The notes: generated by a model not told the origin, from the sequence alone. A stretch of 64,000 bases of DNA from an uncultured Gammaproteobacteria bacterium (GCA_963764725.1 CAVXTM010000015.1:64001-128000), one strand, 5' to 3'; shown: positions 43,517-61,498, counted from the stretch's first letter. Translations and numbers: made by a program.

Positions 43517-45034
43517 TTAAATAAACTCACGCCCAAAATGGCACATACCGGACTTCCGGGATCCACCAATCTTTTCGTCGGGCTTTATCAACCCGGACTC
43601 GATCGTCGCAGCGATCACCTGGGACGCAATCGCCGCCTTACTCTCAGGTAAATGAAAGCGCTCACGAAGTGACTGGTTTGTCATACGTTCCGACATGACC
43701 CACTTCAACGCACAGTGCTGGTAGCAGGCCCGGGCGCGGTCCTCCCGATCCATGTCCTCGAACGGCTTCGGGCCGTAGAGCGTTACGATGGTCCGGCGGT
43801 GTCCGGCGCGGAAGTCCGGGGCAGGCAACTGGAACACTTCAGCCGCTTGCACTACGCGGTCGATACCGCTGCTCTTTTCCTCGCAGATTCCAAATCTGCG
43901 CATCAGATCGGCGAGGCGTTCGTTCCTCGATTGGTACCCGTCGATGAACCGCTCGACCGGGACGACCGGCTCGCCAGGATTCGAGATTTCCACACGATTG
44001 CTGAACACCTCTACCATCACCGACGCACCGCCCACGCTCAAATCTTGGTGGATGAGCGCGTTGGCAACCAGCTCGCGGATCACCACTTCCGGCACGAGCT
44101 TCATTTCCTTGCGGAGTGCGTCCACAATCACCTCGTTTTGCGGTAGCTGGCCCATGATGAAGTGCACCAGCCCTTGAAAGCCGACCGCGTAGCCTTTCAT
44201 TCCTAGCTGGTCGAGCCGGGTCTCCAATTTCGAGGTACCGGTGTAGACCACTACGCGCGGCGCCTTGCGGGCCAGGTCAGAGAAGTCGGCCAGCCTCTTC
44301 GCAAGCAACAAACCTCCCAGGCGTCGGATGGCATACTGGCCGTCGATTTCATCGATCAAGCGCTCGCTCAAGAGCCGGTCGAGGACGCCAGCGCGCTTGG
44401 TCGGGTATGGCAACTTAAGCAGCTCAAACAAGGTTTGCGTATCAAGCAACTCCACTAATTGCTGCGCATCCAAACCAGTCTTCGAGTGCTCCTCCAACCA
44501 GTCCGGCTTACCCTCGGCGAAGATTCTGCGAAGCTGGTCCTCGCTCATCGGCACCAGTGCTTCTCCGGAGCGCATCAGGTACTTGCCTTCGAGGTGATAC
44601 GCTGTCCCGCGTGGACGGGAGGGAATGTGGAACACGAGCACCCGGCCGTTCGGGTGCGCTACTTCCTCGATGTCCACACGGAAACCGACGGCCGCGAAGA
44701 GCTTCTCGGCCATGGCAACGGAATCACGGAAGGCGTGAGTGCCCACCACCGGTCGAGGGGGTTTGTCGGCGACACCCAACACGAGGAACCCTCCGCCCTC
44801 GTTGGCCATGGCGACGCAGTATTCGTAGAGCTTGCGGTTGTCGAACTGAGTCTTCGCTTCCTTGAACTCTAGTCTTGGTTTTTCGGTCGCCGACTGTCGC
44901 CAGAGGTCGAGCTGCTCCGGGGCATGATCACCGTTATGCAGTGCTGCCCCGTCGCCGCCAGCTTGACCGAATCCCGAGGCTTCAGCCGGCAACCGTCGCT
45001 TCGACATGGTTCGCAATGCTAGCAAAGCCTTCAC
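43517..45034 (-). CDS. Schlafen/AlbA_2 + RecG-C/HATPase-like protein embedded in the type I R-M locus
   Basis: LEFKEAK, VAMANEGGGFLVLGV (AlbA_2), IRELVANALIHQD, RVEISNPG, SRNERLA, EEKSSGIDR. Confidence 0.85.
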   Translation of the reverse strand: MKALLALRTMSKRRLPAEASGFGQAGGDGAALHNGDHAPEQLDLWRQSATEKPRLEFKEAKTQFDNRKLYEYCVAMANEGGGFLVLGVADKPPRPVVGTHAFRDSVAMAEKLFAAVGFRVDIEEVAHPNGRVLVFHIPSRPRGTAYHLEGKYLMRSGEALVPMSEDQLRRIFAEGKPDWLEEHSKTGLDAQQLVELLDTQTLFELLKLPYPTKRAGVLDRLLSERLIDEIDGQYAIRRLGGLLLAKRLADFSDLARKAPRVVVYTGTSKLETRLDQLGMKGYAVGFQGLVHFIMGQLPQNEVIVDALRKEMKLVPEVVIRELVANALIHQDLSVGGASVMVEVFSNRVEISNPGEPVVPVERFIDGYQSRNERLADLMRRFGICEEKSSGIDRVVQAAEVFQLPAPDFRAGHRRTIVTLYGPKPFEDMDREDRARACYQHCALKWVMSERMTNQSLRERFHLPESKAAIASQVIAATIESGLIKPDEKIGGSRKSGMCHFGREFI

Positions 45035-45049
45035 GACGTCGAACGCTCC

Positions 45050-46527
<1,478 letters not shown>

Positions 46528-46538
<11 letters not shown>

Positions 46539-48175
46539 ACCCAAGCTCCCTCAGGTTGGCGGCAATCGCGGCATCGAGCTTCGCGGCCTCGGCCTGCTGC
46601 TCGCGCAGCGTCGCGGTGAGCCGCTTCATCTTCTCCTCGAACGGCTCGCCGTCGTCTTCCTGCGCCTCGGCGCCGACGTAGCGGCCGGGCGTGAGCACGT
46701 GGCCGTGCTTGCGGATCTCCTCCAGCGTGCGCGCTCTTGCAGAAGCCGGGGATGTCTTCGTAGGGGCGACCCTCGCGTCGCCCTTTAGGGCAGGCACAGG
46801 CTTGCCCCTACATCTGCCGCGCCAGGCGTGGTAGGTGCTGGCGATGCGGGCGATGTCCTCGTCGGTCAGCTCGCGGTGGGTGCGGTCCACCATGCGGCCG
46901 AGCTTGCGGGCGTCGATGAAGAGCACCTGGCCGCGGCGGTCGCGGACCCTCACCCCGCCCTTCGCGGGCGAGGGAGTCTTGTTTGTCGCGCGCGAGGAAC
47001 CACAGGCAGGCGGGGATCTGCGTCGAGTAGAAGAGCTGTCCCGGCAGCGCGACCATGCAGTCGACGAGGTCGGCCTCGATGAGGCTCTTGCGGATCTCGC
47101 CCTCGCCGGACTGGTTCGACGACATCGAGCCGTTGGCGAGCACGAAGCCGGCCACGCCCGCGGGCGCGAGGTGGTGGACGATGTGCTGCACCCAGGCGAA
47201 GTTGGCGTTGCCCGCAGGCGGCGCGCCGTACTGCCAGCGCTTGTCCTCACGCAGCCGCTCACCGCCCCAGTCGGAGATGTTGAAGGGCGGATTAGCGAGG
47301 ATGAAGTCGGCCTTGAGGTCGGGGTGGCGGTCGTTGTGGAAGGTGTCGCCGTGCTTGATCTGGCCGTCGATGCCGCGCAGGGCGAGGTTCATCTTCGCCA
47401 GGCGCCAGGTGGTGTAGTTCGACTCCTGGCCGTAGATCGAGATGTCGGCCTTGGCCTTGCCCCCGTTGCCGTTGCCATTGGCGTGGTGGCGGATGAACTC
47501 CACCGACTGCACGAACATGCCGGACGAGCCGCAGCAGGGATCGTAGACACGGCCCTTGTAGGGCTCGATCATCTCGACCAGGAGCTTGACCACGCAGCGC
47601 GGCGTGTAGAACTCGCCGCCCTTCTTGCCCTCGGCGCTCGCGAACTGCGACGAGGAAATACTCGTAGACGCGGCCGAGCACGTCCTTGGCGCGGCTCGCC
47701 TCGTCGCCGACCCGAATGTTGCTGATCATGTCGATGAGCTGACCGAGCCGCTGCTTGTCGAGCGCGGGGCGGGCATAGTCCTTGGGCAGCACGCCCTTGA
47801 GCGCCGGGTTGTCACGCTCGATCCCGGCCATCGCATCGTCCACGAGCTGGCCGATAGTGGCTTGCTTGGCCTGCGCTTTCAGATGCGCCCAGCGCGCTTC
47901 GGGCGGCACCCAGAAAATGTTGAGCGCGCGGTACTCGTCCGGGTCTTCGGGGTCCGCGCCCAGCGCCTTCTCCGCCTTCGAGCTTCGCGTGCTGCTCCTC
48001 GAAGGCGTCGGAGATGTACTTGAGGAAGAGCAGGCCGAGGCACGACGTGCTTGTACTCGGCGGCGTCCATGCTGCCGCGCAGCGCATCGGCCATCTGCCA
48101 GAGCTGCGCTTCGTAGCCGACGGTGGCGCCAGCGTTGCTCGCTGCGGCAGTCGAGTTTTTCTTCGGCTTCGGCAT
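46528..48175 (-). CDS. hsdM: Type I R-M methyltransferase subunit (frameshifted)
   Basis: [44 protein letters not shown]. Confidence 0.92.
46760..46811. repeat. GTAG-type REP doublet inside hsdM
   Basis: GTAGGGGCGACCCTCGCGTCGCCC TTTA GGGCAGGCACAGGCTTGCCCCTAC. Confidence 0.75.
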
Positions 48176-48218
48176 GTGCGTTACCTCGCCTCGATTACTT
48201 CGCGACGGCTTCGGGGGC

Positions 48219-48303
48219 GCCTAACGAGTTGACAGGTCTCGTTTCTCGCTCCGTGGCTCCTGGCGCTCGGGGATGCTAGCGAGGATTTTTTCATAAGCTC
48301 TCA
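48219..48303. mobile_element. MITE-like element half copy between hemL and hsdM
   Basis: Aligns with 6247-6332. Its terminus overlaps the hemL TGA. Confidence 0.75.
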
Positions 48304-49582
48304 CAGCGTAGCTAAGACCTTGCGCGCGGCCTCGATCGTCGCGGCGATCTCGGCCGAACCATGGGCGCTCGATACGAACCCGGCTTCAAAGGGGAAGGGA
48401 GCGAGGTACACGCCGGCCTCGATCATCCCATGGAAAAACCGCTTGAATCGTTCCGAGTCCGCGCGCATGACGGCGGCAAAGCTGGTGACGGCCGCCTCCT
48501 CGGTGAAGAAGAACCCGAACATCCCTCCCAGGTGATTGGTGGTGAGCGGCACGCCTGCCTCCTTCGCGCAGCGCCGGAGTTGATGGGTAAGATCGGCAGT
48601 CGTCGCGCCGAGTGCGTCGAAGAAGCCGGGTTGCGATACGATGTCCAAGGTAGCGAGCCCCGCCGCCATTGCCACGGGATTTCCCGAGAGCGTCCCGGCT
48701 TGGTAGATCGGTCCGTTCGGCGCGAGCTGATCCATGATCTCCGCGCGTCCGCCGAAAGCCCCCACGGGCAAACCGCCGCCGATGACCTTCCCGAGGGTGG
48801 TGATATCGGGACGGACATTGAAATACCCTTGCGCCCCGCCGAGCGCCACGCGGAAACCGCTCATGACCTCATCGAAAATGAGCAGACTTCCATACTGATC
48901 GCAGAGCGCACGCAGTCCTTCGAGGAAGCCCGGCGCAGGTAATACGCAATTCATGTTGCCCGCCACCGGTTCGACGATTACCGCCGCGATGTGCTCGCCG
49001 AGCTCGGTGAAGACCTCTTGCACTTGCTCCAAGGCATTGTAAGCCACGGTGTGGGTGTGGCTGCGCCAATGCGGCCGGGACGCCCGGGGAGCTCGGCACC
49101 CCCAAGGTCAACGCCCCGGAGCCGGCCTTGATCAACAAGGAATCCGCATGCCCATGGTAGCAACCTTCGAACTTGAGGATCTTGTCGCGTTGAGTAAAAC
49201 CCCGGGCTAGCCGGATGGCGCTCATCACGGCTTCCGTGCCGGAGCTGACCAGTCGCACGCGCTCGATGGACGGTAAATGTCTGCGAAGGGTCTCGGCCAT
49301 CGCGGTCTCGATCTCGGTGGGCGCGCCGAAGCCGAGGCCACGGTCCACACTTTCCTTGACCGCCGCGATGACTTTCGGATGGGCATGGCCCACGATCATC
49401 GGGCCCCACGAGCCGACGTAGTCGATATAACGGCGCTCGTCCGCGTCGATGAGGTAGGCGCCCTCCCCGCGGCGGAAGAACAGCGGGGTGCCGCCGACGC
49501 CTTTGAATGCCCGGACCGGGGAATTGACCCCGCCCGCGATCACGCGCTGGGCACGGCTGAATAGTTCTTGGGAACGGGACAT
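48301..49582 (-). CDS. hemL: Glutamate-1-semialdehyde 2,1-aminomutase (one frameshift near 49055)
   Basis: [53 protein letters not shown]. Confidence 0.95.
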
Positions 49583-49592
49583 TCCAGATTCC

Positions 49593-50234
49593 TTATTTAT
49601 GCTGAGAAAAGAGCCGCGCATAGCGACCGGCCGCGGCGCGTACATCTGTGGCGGCGAACACCCCTTCGATGACGGCCAGGATATCCGCGCCGGCATTGAG
49701 AAGCAGCGCACCGTTCTCGGGCGTGATGCCGCCGACCGCGACGATGGGAATGCTTAGCTGTCGCTTAGCCAGCCTGAGCAGTGAGACCTCGGCGGCGGCC
49801 GCCTCGGGTTTCGATTTTGATGGAAAGAAGCATCCGAAGGCCACGTAGTCCGCGCCGTTGGCTTGTGCCTCGCGTGCGGCAGGCACATCGTCGTAGCAGG
49901 AAACCCCGATGATAGCGTCACCGCCGAGCACGGCGCGCGCTTCGGCGTAGCTTGCATCGTGGCGCCCGATATGGAGTCCGTCCGCAGCCACGGCGCGGGC
50001 CAAGGCGAGATCATCGTTCACGATCAACGGCCGTCCGTGCCGCCGGCAGATCGCACGCAGCGCTACCGCATCTTTATAACGCTGCGCATACCCGCCGTTC
50101 TTGTTGCGGTGCTGGATCAAGAGGGCGCCGCCGGCGATCGCCGCCGCGACGGCTGCCTCGATTCCGTTTGGAGCTCGGTAGGCGTCGGAGGTAATGACAT
50201 ACAGACCGCGAGAGGGAAGTTTTGGGTGGGGCAT
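49593..50234 (-). CDS. thiE: Thiamine-phosphate synthase
   Basis: [33 protein letters not shown]. Confidence 0.93.
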   Translation of the reverse strand: MPHPKLPSRGLYVITSDAYRAPNGIEAAVAAAIAGGALLIQHRNKNGGYAQRYKDAVALRAICRRHGRPLIVNDDLALARAVAADGLHIGRHDASYAEARAVLGGDAIIGVSCYDDVPAAREAQANGADYVAFGCFFPSKSKPEAAAAEVSLLRLAKRQLSIPIVAVGGITPENGALLLNAGADILAVIEGVFAATDVRAAAGRYARLFSQHK

Positions 50235-50302
50235 GGCGTTCTATTTTATCGGTGCCGTGGACCTGCGAAAATGTCGCGCTGAGGAATGCAACGGGGTAGT
50301 GA

Positions 50303-50467
50303 ATGAAACGCTATATGTGTGTGATTTGCGGGTTTGTCTATGAAGAAGCCAAAGGCTGGCCCGGCGACGGAATCGCGCCTGGGACGCGCTGGGAGGACGT
50401 ACCCCCGAACTGGCAGTGCCCCGATTGTGGCGCGCGCAAGGAAGACTTCGAGATGATCGAGGTGTAG
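50303..50467 (+). CDS. Rubredoxin (54 aa, absent from the ORF track)
   Basis: [54 protein letters not shown] with two CxxC motifs. Confidence 0.95.
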   Translation: MKRYMCVICGFVYEEAKGWPGDGIAPGTRWEDVPPNWQCPDCGARKEDFEMIEV

Positions 50468-50505
50468 CGTATTCGTTACCTTGCTCCAGACCTGCCTCGT
50501 CGCTG

Positions 50506-50931
50506 CTAGATCGGTTTAACCACGGCGAGGATAACCACGCCCGCAAGGATGAGTACGGGAAGCTCGTTGATCCATCGGTAATAAACGTGGGTGTGTCGGT
50601 TGCGGTCGTGGCGAAAATCATGAAGGAGCTTGCCTAAATAGATATGATAAGCGATCAGGACAGTGACCAATCCGAGTTTCGCGTGCAGCCATCCTGCGCG
50701 CGCGTAGTGTTCCCAGCCGTTCGCGATCACCGTGGCGGCGCCGAACAGCAAGGTCAGTAACGCGCCTGGCGTCATGATCCCGAAAAAGAGCCTGCGCTCC
50801 ATGAGCTTAAACCGGTCGAGGCTGATGGTGTCGCTGCTCCGCGCGTGATAAACGAACAAGCGGGGCAAATAAAACAGCCCGGCAAACCAAGCCACCATAA
50901 AGATAATGTGGAACGCCTTTAGCCACAGCAT
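50506..50931 (-). CDS. hemJ: Protoporphyrinogen oxidase HemJ
   Basis: WLKAFHII..WFAGLFYLPRLFVYH, MERRL, WLHAKL, NELP, VVKP. Confidence 0.93.
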   Translation of the reverse strand: MLWLKAFHIIFMVAWFAGLFYLPRLFVYHARSSDTISLDRFKLMERRLFFGIMTPGALLTLLFGAATVIANGWEHYARAGWLHAKLGLVTVLIAYHIYLGKLLHDFRHDRNRHTHVYYRWINELPVLILAGVVILAVVKPI

Positions 50932-51081
50932 AACGGCGTGCAGCTATCTACGGGTCCGATCCCAACGCGGGGCGCCGGGCGAGCGCGAGCGCTGAATCGC
51001 CAACAGGAAGCCATCGCGAGAAGGATCGAAAAACGACCGCAGTGCAGCAAAAAAATCATTCAGTAAATGCTCTCGGAGGTG

Positions 51082-51110
51082 TTGACACAGGCCGCGACGC
51101 AAATTAAGCT
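51082..51110 (+). promoter_or_regulatory. Sigma70 promoter
   Basis: TTGACA-N17-TAAGCT followed by GC-rich GCGCC. Confidence 0.7.
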
Positions 51111-51116
51111 GCGCCT

Positions 51117-51203
51117 GTCATGGCCAACCAAGCTTTTTGCGCCATGACTTGAAACATAATAACTATAAGATGACTTAAGCGGCTTCGGCCGCTTTTTCTT
51201 TTT
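51117..51203 (+). ncRNA. Candidate small RNA
   Basis: Own promoter, 5' hairpin GTCATGGC/GCCATGAC, AU-rich linker, intrinsic terminator AAGCGGC-TTCG-GCCGCTT with a T run. Confidence 0.65.
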
Positions 51204-51248
51204 CCGGGGCCCTGACGCTAACCCGCAGCTTAGAATGAATTCGAATCA

Positions 51249-52280
51249 ATGATCAAGGTTGCCGTCGTCGGCGGAACCGGGTACACCGGCGTCGAGCTAT
51301 TGCGCTTGCTTGCACAACACCCGGCGGTTAGTCTCGATGTCATCACCTCACGTGCCAAGGCGGGCACCCCTGTTGCCTGCATGTTCCCGAGTCTAAGAGG
51401 GCATGTCGAGTTGGCGTTTTCACCGCCCGACATCGAACGCTTACAGGGGTGCGAGTTGGTTTTTTTTGCAACCCCGAACGGGACTTCGATGACAATGGTG
51501 CGGCCATTGATCGATGCCCGCGTCCGGGTCATAGATCTGGCGGCGGATTTCCGGCTTAGGAGCGCCGAGGTATTCGAGCGCTGGTATGGTCTCCGCCACC
51601 GGTGTCCGGATCTCTTAGAGCAGGCGGTTTATGGCCTGCCGGAGTTAAATCGTGAAGCGATTAAGGACGCTCATCTTGTTGCCAATCCCGGTTGTTACCC
51701 TACCGCGGTCATACTCGGTCTCGCGCCTCTCATCGAGGCGCGCCTGGTGCGAGCGGATCGATTGATCGCCGACGCCAAGTCAGGCGTCAGTGGCGCGGGT
51801 CGGCAGGAGAGCGTCGCCCATCTGTTCGCCGAGGCTGGTGATACGCTGAAAGCGTATAGCGTCGCCGGTCACCGGCACCTTCCTGAAATCCTGCAGGCGC
51901 TCGCCCGCATCAACGGTAGTGAGGCCGATCTCGTGTTTGTACCGCATTTAGTTCCGATGATCCGCGGTATCCATGTTACCCTGTATGCCGAGTTGCTTCG
52001 TCGCGAGGTCGATATTCAACACGTGTACGAAGAAAGATATCGGCGGGAACCGTTCATTGACGTGCTGCCGCCGGGCAGCCACCCGGAGACGCGTTCGGTG
52101 AGGGGGTGCAATACTTGCCGCATTGCCACGCACCGGCCGGGCCAAAGCGATCGAATAGTGGTATTATCCGTGATCGATAACTTGGTCAAAGGCGCGGCCG
52201 GCCAAGCGATTCAAAACATGAATCTGATGTTCGGGCTGGAAGAAACGTGCGGTCTGGCGAGCATTGGCTTGTCGCCTTAA
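51249..52280 (+). CDS. argC: N-acetyl-gamma-glutamyl-phosphate reductase
   Basis: [33 protein letters not shown]. Confidence 0.96.
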   Translation: MIKVAVVGGTGYTGVELLRLLAQHPAVSLDVITSRAKAGTPVACMFPSLRGHVELAFSPPDIERLQGCELVFFATPNGTSMTMVRPLIDARVRVIDLAADFRLRSAEVFERWYGLRHRCPDLLEQAVYGLPELNREAIKDAHLVANPGCYPTAVILGLAPLIEARLVRADRLIADAKSGVSGAGRQESVAHLFAEAGDTLKAYSVAGHRHLPEILQALARINGSEADLVFVPHLVPMIRGIHVTLYAELLRREVDIQHVYEERYRREPFIDVLPPGSHPETRSVRGCNTCRIATHRPGQSDRIVVLSVIDNLVKGAAGQAIQNMNLMFGLEETCGLASIGLSP

Positions 52281-52393
52281 GGTGTGAGTTCGCGCGCCCG
52301 TTGTCTGAGCGTTGAGCCTAGTACGCGTCGGAAGGGTTGGGTTCACGGGACCGGAGATCGAAGCGCTGGTTCATGTGGAGGGGGTGATTGGAA

Positions 52394-52855
52394 ATGTTCG
52401 GAAGACGGAAAAAGCGAAAAATTTCCAAAGTGGATTCGCTCGTCGGGCAGAACACCCAGGTTTTGGGCAACGTCAACTTCGATGGCGGCTTGCATGTTGA
52501 CGGTGCAATCAAGGGCAACGTTTATGCGACCGACCAGCAAAGCTCGGTGCTGACGTTGAGCGACCGCGGTACGATTGAAGGCGAGGTGCGGGTTCCTTAT
52601 GTGGTTTTGAACGGCGTGGTATTGGGAGACGTTTATGCTAACCAGCATATTGAACTGGCGTCGAGCGCCCGCGTCGAAGGTAATGTTTATTATGGGTTGA
52701 TTGAGATGGCGGTCGGGGCGGAAGTCAATGGTAAGTTGGTGCGCACCGCCGAGACCGAAAAGCTAACGCTGGCGTTAAGCCATCACAGCCTGGGTGAATC
52801 CGAAGCACTGTCCGCGACCGGCGTCAGGCCCGCGGCAACGAGTTTGGATGGGTAG
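52394..52855 (+). CDS. Bactofilin (polymer-forming cytoskeletal protein)
   Basis: Beta-helix repeats GNVNFDGGLHVDGAIKGNV...IEMAVGAEVNG. Confidence 0.9.
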   Translation: MFGRRKKRKISKVDSLVGQNTQVLGNVNFDGGLHVDGAIKGNVYATDQQSSVLTLSDRGTIEGEVRVPYVVLNGVVLGDVYANQHIELASSARVEGNVYYGLIEMAVGAEVNGKLVRTAETEKLTLALSHHSLGESEALSATGVRPAATSLDG

Positions 52856-52913
52856 TTTTGGCCTGCCGACGGTTAATGACTCACTTAAAGAGTAATTTGG
52901 TTGGATGGAATAG

Positions 52914-53270
52914 ATGGAAATTATGAACGCGACCGCTACAGAAAACCCTCTAATGTTCACGGATGCCGCCGCAATTAAAGTGCGCGAGCTGATGGCTGAA
53001 GAAGGCAACGCGGCGCTTATGCTGCGCGTATTTATCTCGGGAGGCGGATGTTCCGGCTTTCAGTACGGGTTTACCTTTGAAGAAGCGCTCGGCGATGGGG
53101 ATACGATCGTCGAAAATCAGGGCGTTAAGCTATTGGTTGACCCGATGAGCTTCCAATACCTTACCGGTGCCGAGATCGATTACAGCGAAGGACTCGATGG
53201 CGCCCGATTCGTGATCCGCAACCCCAATGCCGCCACCACCTGCGGATGCGGGTCCTCGTTCTCAGCTTAG
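52914..53270 (+). CDS. erpA: Iron-sulfur cluster insertion protein ErpA
   Basis: [25 protein letters not shown]. Confidence 0.95.
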   Translation: MEIMNATATENPLMFTDAAAIKVRELMAEEGNAALMLRVFISGGGCSGFQYGFTFEEALGDGDTIVENQGVKLLVDPMSFQYLTGAEIDYSEGLDGARFVIRNPNAATTCGCGSSFSA

Positions 53271-54673
53271 GGGCGGATGCGCGCATTGGTTCGGGCCGCC
53301 AAGGTGATGGCAACCCGTTCCGTCGTACTCGCTAAATCCTGGGAAGGTCCGGTATGGGAAAGCGCTAATGCGTCGAGTTTGCTTAATAAGTTCCGTGTCT
53401 CTGCCTTGAACTGTGCCAGTTGCTGCCCTACGAGAGGCAGGGCATTCGGTAGCTTAACCGTAAGCGGGTTCTTATGGACGCCGTTGACTCGAAACTCGTA
53501 GTGTAAGTGTGGACCGGTGGCGGATCCTGTGCGGCCTACATAGCCGATGATCTGTCCCTGACGAACCCGCTGCCCCGGCCGCAAGCGGCTCGCAAAGCGC
53601 GATAAATGGGCGTACAGCGTACTGTAGGTTAGGCTGTGATCCAGGATGATGGTATTGCCGTAACCGTTTTGCCTGCCCACGAATTTCACCTTACCGTTAC
53701 CGCTTGCCTTGATAGGCGTTCCCTGCGGAGCGGCGTAATCGACGCCGCGATGCGCTCGAATCGTATGTAAAATCGGATGTCTACGGTGCGGGTTGAAGTG
53801 GGAGCTTATGCGCGTGAACTGCACTGGGGTTCTAATAAACGCTTTATGCAATGCGTTCCCCGTATCCGTGTAATAATCCGCATGACCCTGCGAATCCACG
53901 AACCGGACCGCGCGATAGGCGTGTCCTTGATTCACGAACTCGGCAGCGACAATCTTGCCGTCTCTAATCTTTTTTTTGTCTTTATACAACTCTTCGTAGA
54001 CTACGGCGAACCGATCACCCTCATGGATATCCAGTGCAAAATCGATATCCCAGCGAAACATTTTTACGAGCCTTATGATGAGGTCATCGGACAGACCGGC
54101 TGCCTGGCCTGCGGTGAACAAGGAATCTCCAATGGAAGCCGTGGTCATGGAGAGTCTTATCTCTGGCTTGGATTTCGAGGTTTGCGCGGTGAAATCACCG
54201 TCCGTGTCTTTAATCACGCGCAGCAGGTGCGTGAGGTCGCGCTGGTAGATGAGCTCGGCGAGACCGTCTCGTTTAACCAGAAACTTTAAGGATTCGCCCG
54301 GATAGAGGTTCGTGAGAGGCGCGGTGATTCGGCCAAGAGCTATGATTCGATCGAGATCTAGCGTGCTCAACCCCAAATGCTGAAAGATCAGCGACAGGTT
54401 ATCACCCTTCCGTACGGTGACCTTTTGCCACTCGGGTTTCAGTTCACGATTGACCTTACCAAGGCGAGCGTGAGCGTACTGTTTTCGCGGTTTAGTGGGC
54501 CTCGGAACTGTGCTTTTATGCGTATGCTTTAGGGCGTCGCCGAGGTTTGCATCCGGCGCGAGCCACGCGGGGAGCCGGATTTCGGCATCCGGTACTTGCT
54601 GCGAGGCCATACCGCCGAGCAGGATCGTCAAGACGGACAACACCGGAAACGAAAGCCAACGCACCGGCGGCAT
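53267..54673 (-). CDS. M23 peptidoglycan DD-endopeptidase (MepM-like)
   Basis: LysM/OapA-like [25 protein letters not shown]. Start uncertain. Confidence 0.9.
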   Translation of the reverse strand: MPPVRWLSFPVLSVLTILLGGMASQQVPDAEIRLPAWLAPDANLGDALKHTHKSTVPRPTKPRKQYAHARLGKVNRELKPEWQKVTVRKGDNLSLIFQHLGLSTLDLDRIIALGRITAPLTNLYPGESLKFLVKRDGLAELIYQRDLTHLLRVIKDTDGDFTAQTSKSKPEIRLSMTTASIGDSLFTAGQAAGLSDDLIIRLVKMFRWDIDFALDIHEGDRFAVVYEELYKDKKKIRDGKIVAAEFVNQGHAYRAVRFVDSQGHADYYTDTGNALHKAFIRTPVQFTRISSHFNPHRRHPILHTIRAHRGVDYAAPQGTPIKASGNGKVKFVGRQNGYGNTIILDHSLTYSTLYAHLSRFASRLRPGQRVRQGQIIGYVGRTGSATGPHLHYEFRVNGVHKNPLTVKLPNALPLVGQQLAQFKAETRNLLSKLDALALSHTGPSQDLASTTERVAITLAARTNARIRP

Positions 54674-54899
54674 TTCGCGACGCGATGCGCCTCCGAATTC
54701 CAACGGCTGAATCGCGCTCCTCCCGGTGAGTGCTATGGAATTGCTATTCCACTGCAGCCGGGGCTTATAATCGTATCTTGTTACCCGCCTGTAGGACACG
54801 AAGGTCTTCTTGTAGTGAGTTGTCTAAAAGATAACCGCTTAAGCCGGATAGGTCAACGCTATCGGCTGATCGTACCCCATGCCTTAATAACTGTATTGT

Positions 54900-56105
54900 T
54901 TGGCAGGTGAAACGATGGACAATGGCTTCGATACGATAAAACATGGTACGGTCGAAATCTTGCTCGAAGAACAACTTCGAACCAAGTTGAGCGCGGGGCG
55001 ACCGCTGCGCGTTAAGGCGGGCTTCGACCCGACGGCGCCTGATCTTCATTTAGGCCACACCGTGCTGCTTAACAAGCTGCGGCAGTTCCAAACGTTGGGA
55101 CATCGCGCCTTATTCTTGATCGGCGATTTCACAGGGATGATTGGCGATCCGAGCGGCCGGTCGACCATGCGCAAGGCACTTACGCGTGAGGAGGTGGTTG
55201 AGAACGCGGCTACATACACGGACCAGATCCTTAAGGTTTTGGACGCGGAGCATACGGAGATCGTTTTTAACTCGATGTGGATGGATAAAATGTCTGCCGC
55301 GGATATGGTTCGGCTCACGTCTCGCGCAACGGTAGCTCGGATGCTCGAGCGTGAGGACTTTACTAGACGTTACAAGAACGGCCAAGCCATTGCAATCCAT
55401 GAATTCTTATACCCGCTAATACAAGCTTACGATTCGGTAGCTTTGCAAGCCGATGTGGAGCTCGGTGGCACTGATCAAAAATTCAACCTTCTGATGGGCC
55501 GGCAATTACAAGCGGAGTATGGGCAAGAACCTCAGACCGTCGTCATGATGCCGCTCTTGGAAGGTACGGATGGCGCGCAGAAAATGTCCAAATCGCTAAA
55601 TAATCACGTCGGTATCAACGAGCCTCCTCAGGAGATGTTTGGAAAACTGATGTCGATTTCCGATGAGTTGATGTGGCGCTACGCGAGTCTCCTAAGCTCG
55701 CGCGGAAAAGCGGCACTGGAGACATGGAAACGCGCGGTCGCGGAAGGGGCTAATCCGCGCGATTATAAGGTATTGTTTGCACAAGAGATGGTAACGCGTT
55801 TTCATAGCGCAAGAGCAGCGGATCTCGCGCACAAGGACTTTGTCCAGAGATTCCGAGAGCATGCGCTACCAGACAGTATGCCGGAGTTGGCGATTCCTGA
55901 ACCCACCGGAGCGATCACTGTTGCCAGCCTGTTAAAGCGAGCGGGCTTAACCGCCAGCACTTCAGAGGCGATTCGAATGGTCGCACAAGGTGCTGTGCGT
56001 ATCGACGGCGAGAAGACTCACGATGCGATGCGCAAGGTGTTCTCTGGCAGCACGCATGTTTTTCAGGTGGGAAAGCGACGCTTTGCAAAGGTCTCCGTCG
56101 TTTAG
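54900..56105 (+). CDS. tyrS: Tyrosine--tRNA ligase
   Basis: [27 protein letters not shown]-terminal S4 domain. Confidence 0.97.
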   Translation: MAGETMDNGFDTIKHGTVEILLEEQLRTKLSAGRPLRVKAGFDPTAPDLHLGHTVLLNKLRQFQTLGHRALFLIGDFTGMIGDPSGRSTMRKALTREEVVENAATYTDQILKVLDAEHTEIVFNSMWMDKMSAADMVRLTSRATVARMLEREDFTRRYKNGQAIAIHEFLYPLIQAYDSVALQADVELGGTDQKFNLLMGRQLQAEYGQEPQTVVMMPLLEGTDGAQKMSKSLNNHVGINEPPQEMFGKLMSISDELMWRYASLLSSRGKAALETWKRAVAEGANPRDYKVLFAQEMVTRFHSARAADLAHKDFVQRFREHALPDSMPELAIPEPTGAITVASLLKRAGLTASTSEAIRMVAQGAVRIDGEKTHDAMRKVFSGSTHVFQVGKRRFAKVSVV

Positions 56106-56147
56106 CCATGATCCTCCGGCCGCGCGTCGATACTAAGCGGGTTCATG

Positions 56148-56219
56148 TTGACCCGCCGCCCGTTAGGTGTATAATCCGCACCCTCTAGCGGGGGTGCTCC
56201 CCTGCCTTGTTCTTTAAAA
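56148..56219 (+). promoter_or_regulatory. rRNA promoter and boxA
   Basis: TTGACC-N16-TATAAT with GC-rich discriminator. boxA-like TGTTCTTTAAAA at 56208. Confidence 0.8.
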
Positions 56220-56364
56220 AAACCGAACAATCAAGCAATTTGTGTGGGTGCCTGCGTTCAGGATTTCTTCACCATAAGTTGTGCGGCGGAAGCGGGGTTC
56301 ACTTCGATACCCGGTAGCCGCCGAGCGAGAGAATCTTAGCTGTGCAAGCAGCTAGGTAAGTTTA

Positions 56365-57908
<1,544 letters not shown>

Positions 57909-57984
57909 AAAGTGAACAGTGAAGATTGACTGTGTCGACAGGCGCCCACACAAATTGTCCTGCATTGAGAGGGCCCGTTAACTT

Positions 57985-58061
<77 letters not shown>

Positions 58062-58111
58062 AAGCGGTGCGGTAAACCCCAAACGATACAGCGAGATGGA
58101 AAAAGCGACCT

Positions 58112-58187
58112 GGGGCCATAGCTCAGCTGGGAGAGCACCTGCTTTGCAAGCAGGGGGTCGTCGGTTCGATCCCGACTGGCTCCACCA
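58112..58187 (+). tRNA. tRNA-Ala(TGC)
   Basis: Cloverleaf with TTTGCAA anticodon loop and CCA end. Confidence 0.97.
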
Positions 58188-58199
58188 TAGCTTGATAAC

Positions 58200-58271
58200 G
58201 GGTCGTAGCCAGGTGGTGTCGAGCGCACCCCTGATAAGCGCGAGGCGGAAGTTCGAGTCCTCTAGACACCA
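58200..58271 (+). pseudogene. Degenerate second tRNA-Ile-like sequence
   Basis: GAGCGCACCCCTGATAAG...GTTCGAGTCC...ACCA is shared with tRNA-Ile but the stems are broken. Confidence 0.6.
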
Positions 58272-58455
58272 GCTGCATGAGTTGGCGGAGTTAGATCAGC
58301 GAGCGTCTTGCGCCAGCGATTTGTTCTTTGAAAAATGGATGAAGCGAGCGTTCTAGACGAATATCGAACGTGTCGAGACTAATGACTGATCGCGAGAGAT
58401 AAATCGATTGCATTCGCACGACTGACGTATAACCCGAGACTATTTGGGGTTATAT

Positions 58456-61364
<2,909 letters not shown>

Positions 61365-61498
61365 ATATAACACCCAAGTAGTTTGCGTTTAGGGTGGTAT
61401 GCAATGCAATCGATAGAAGCGATCCAACAAGAACGCGGGACGACCTTTCGATAGTCTTTCAATTGCTAGGCGGTTGTCTGGCGATGAAAGGAATGGCT

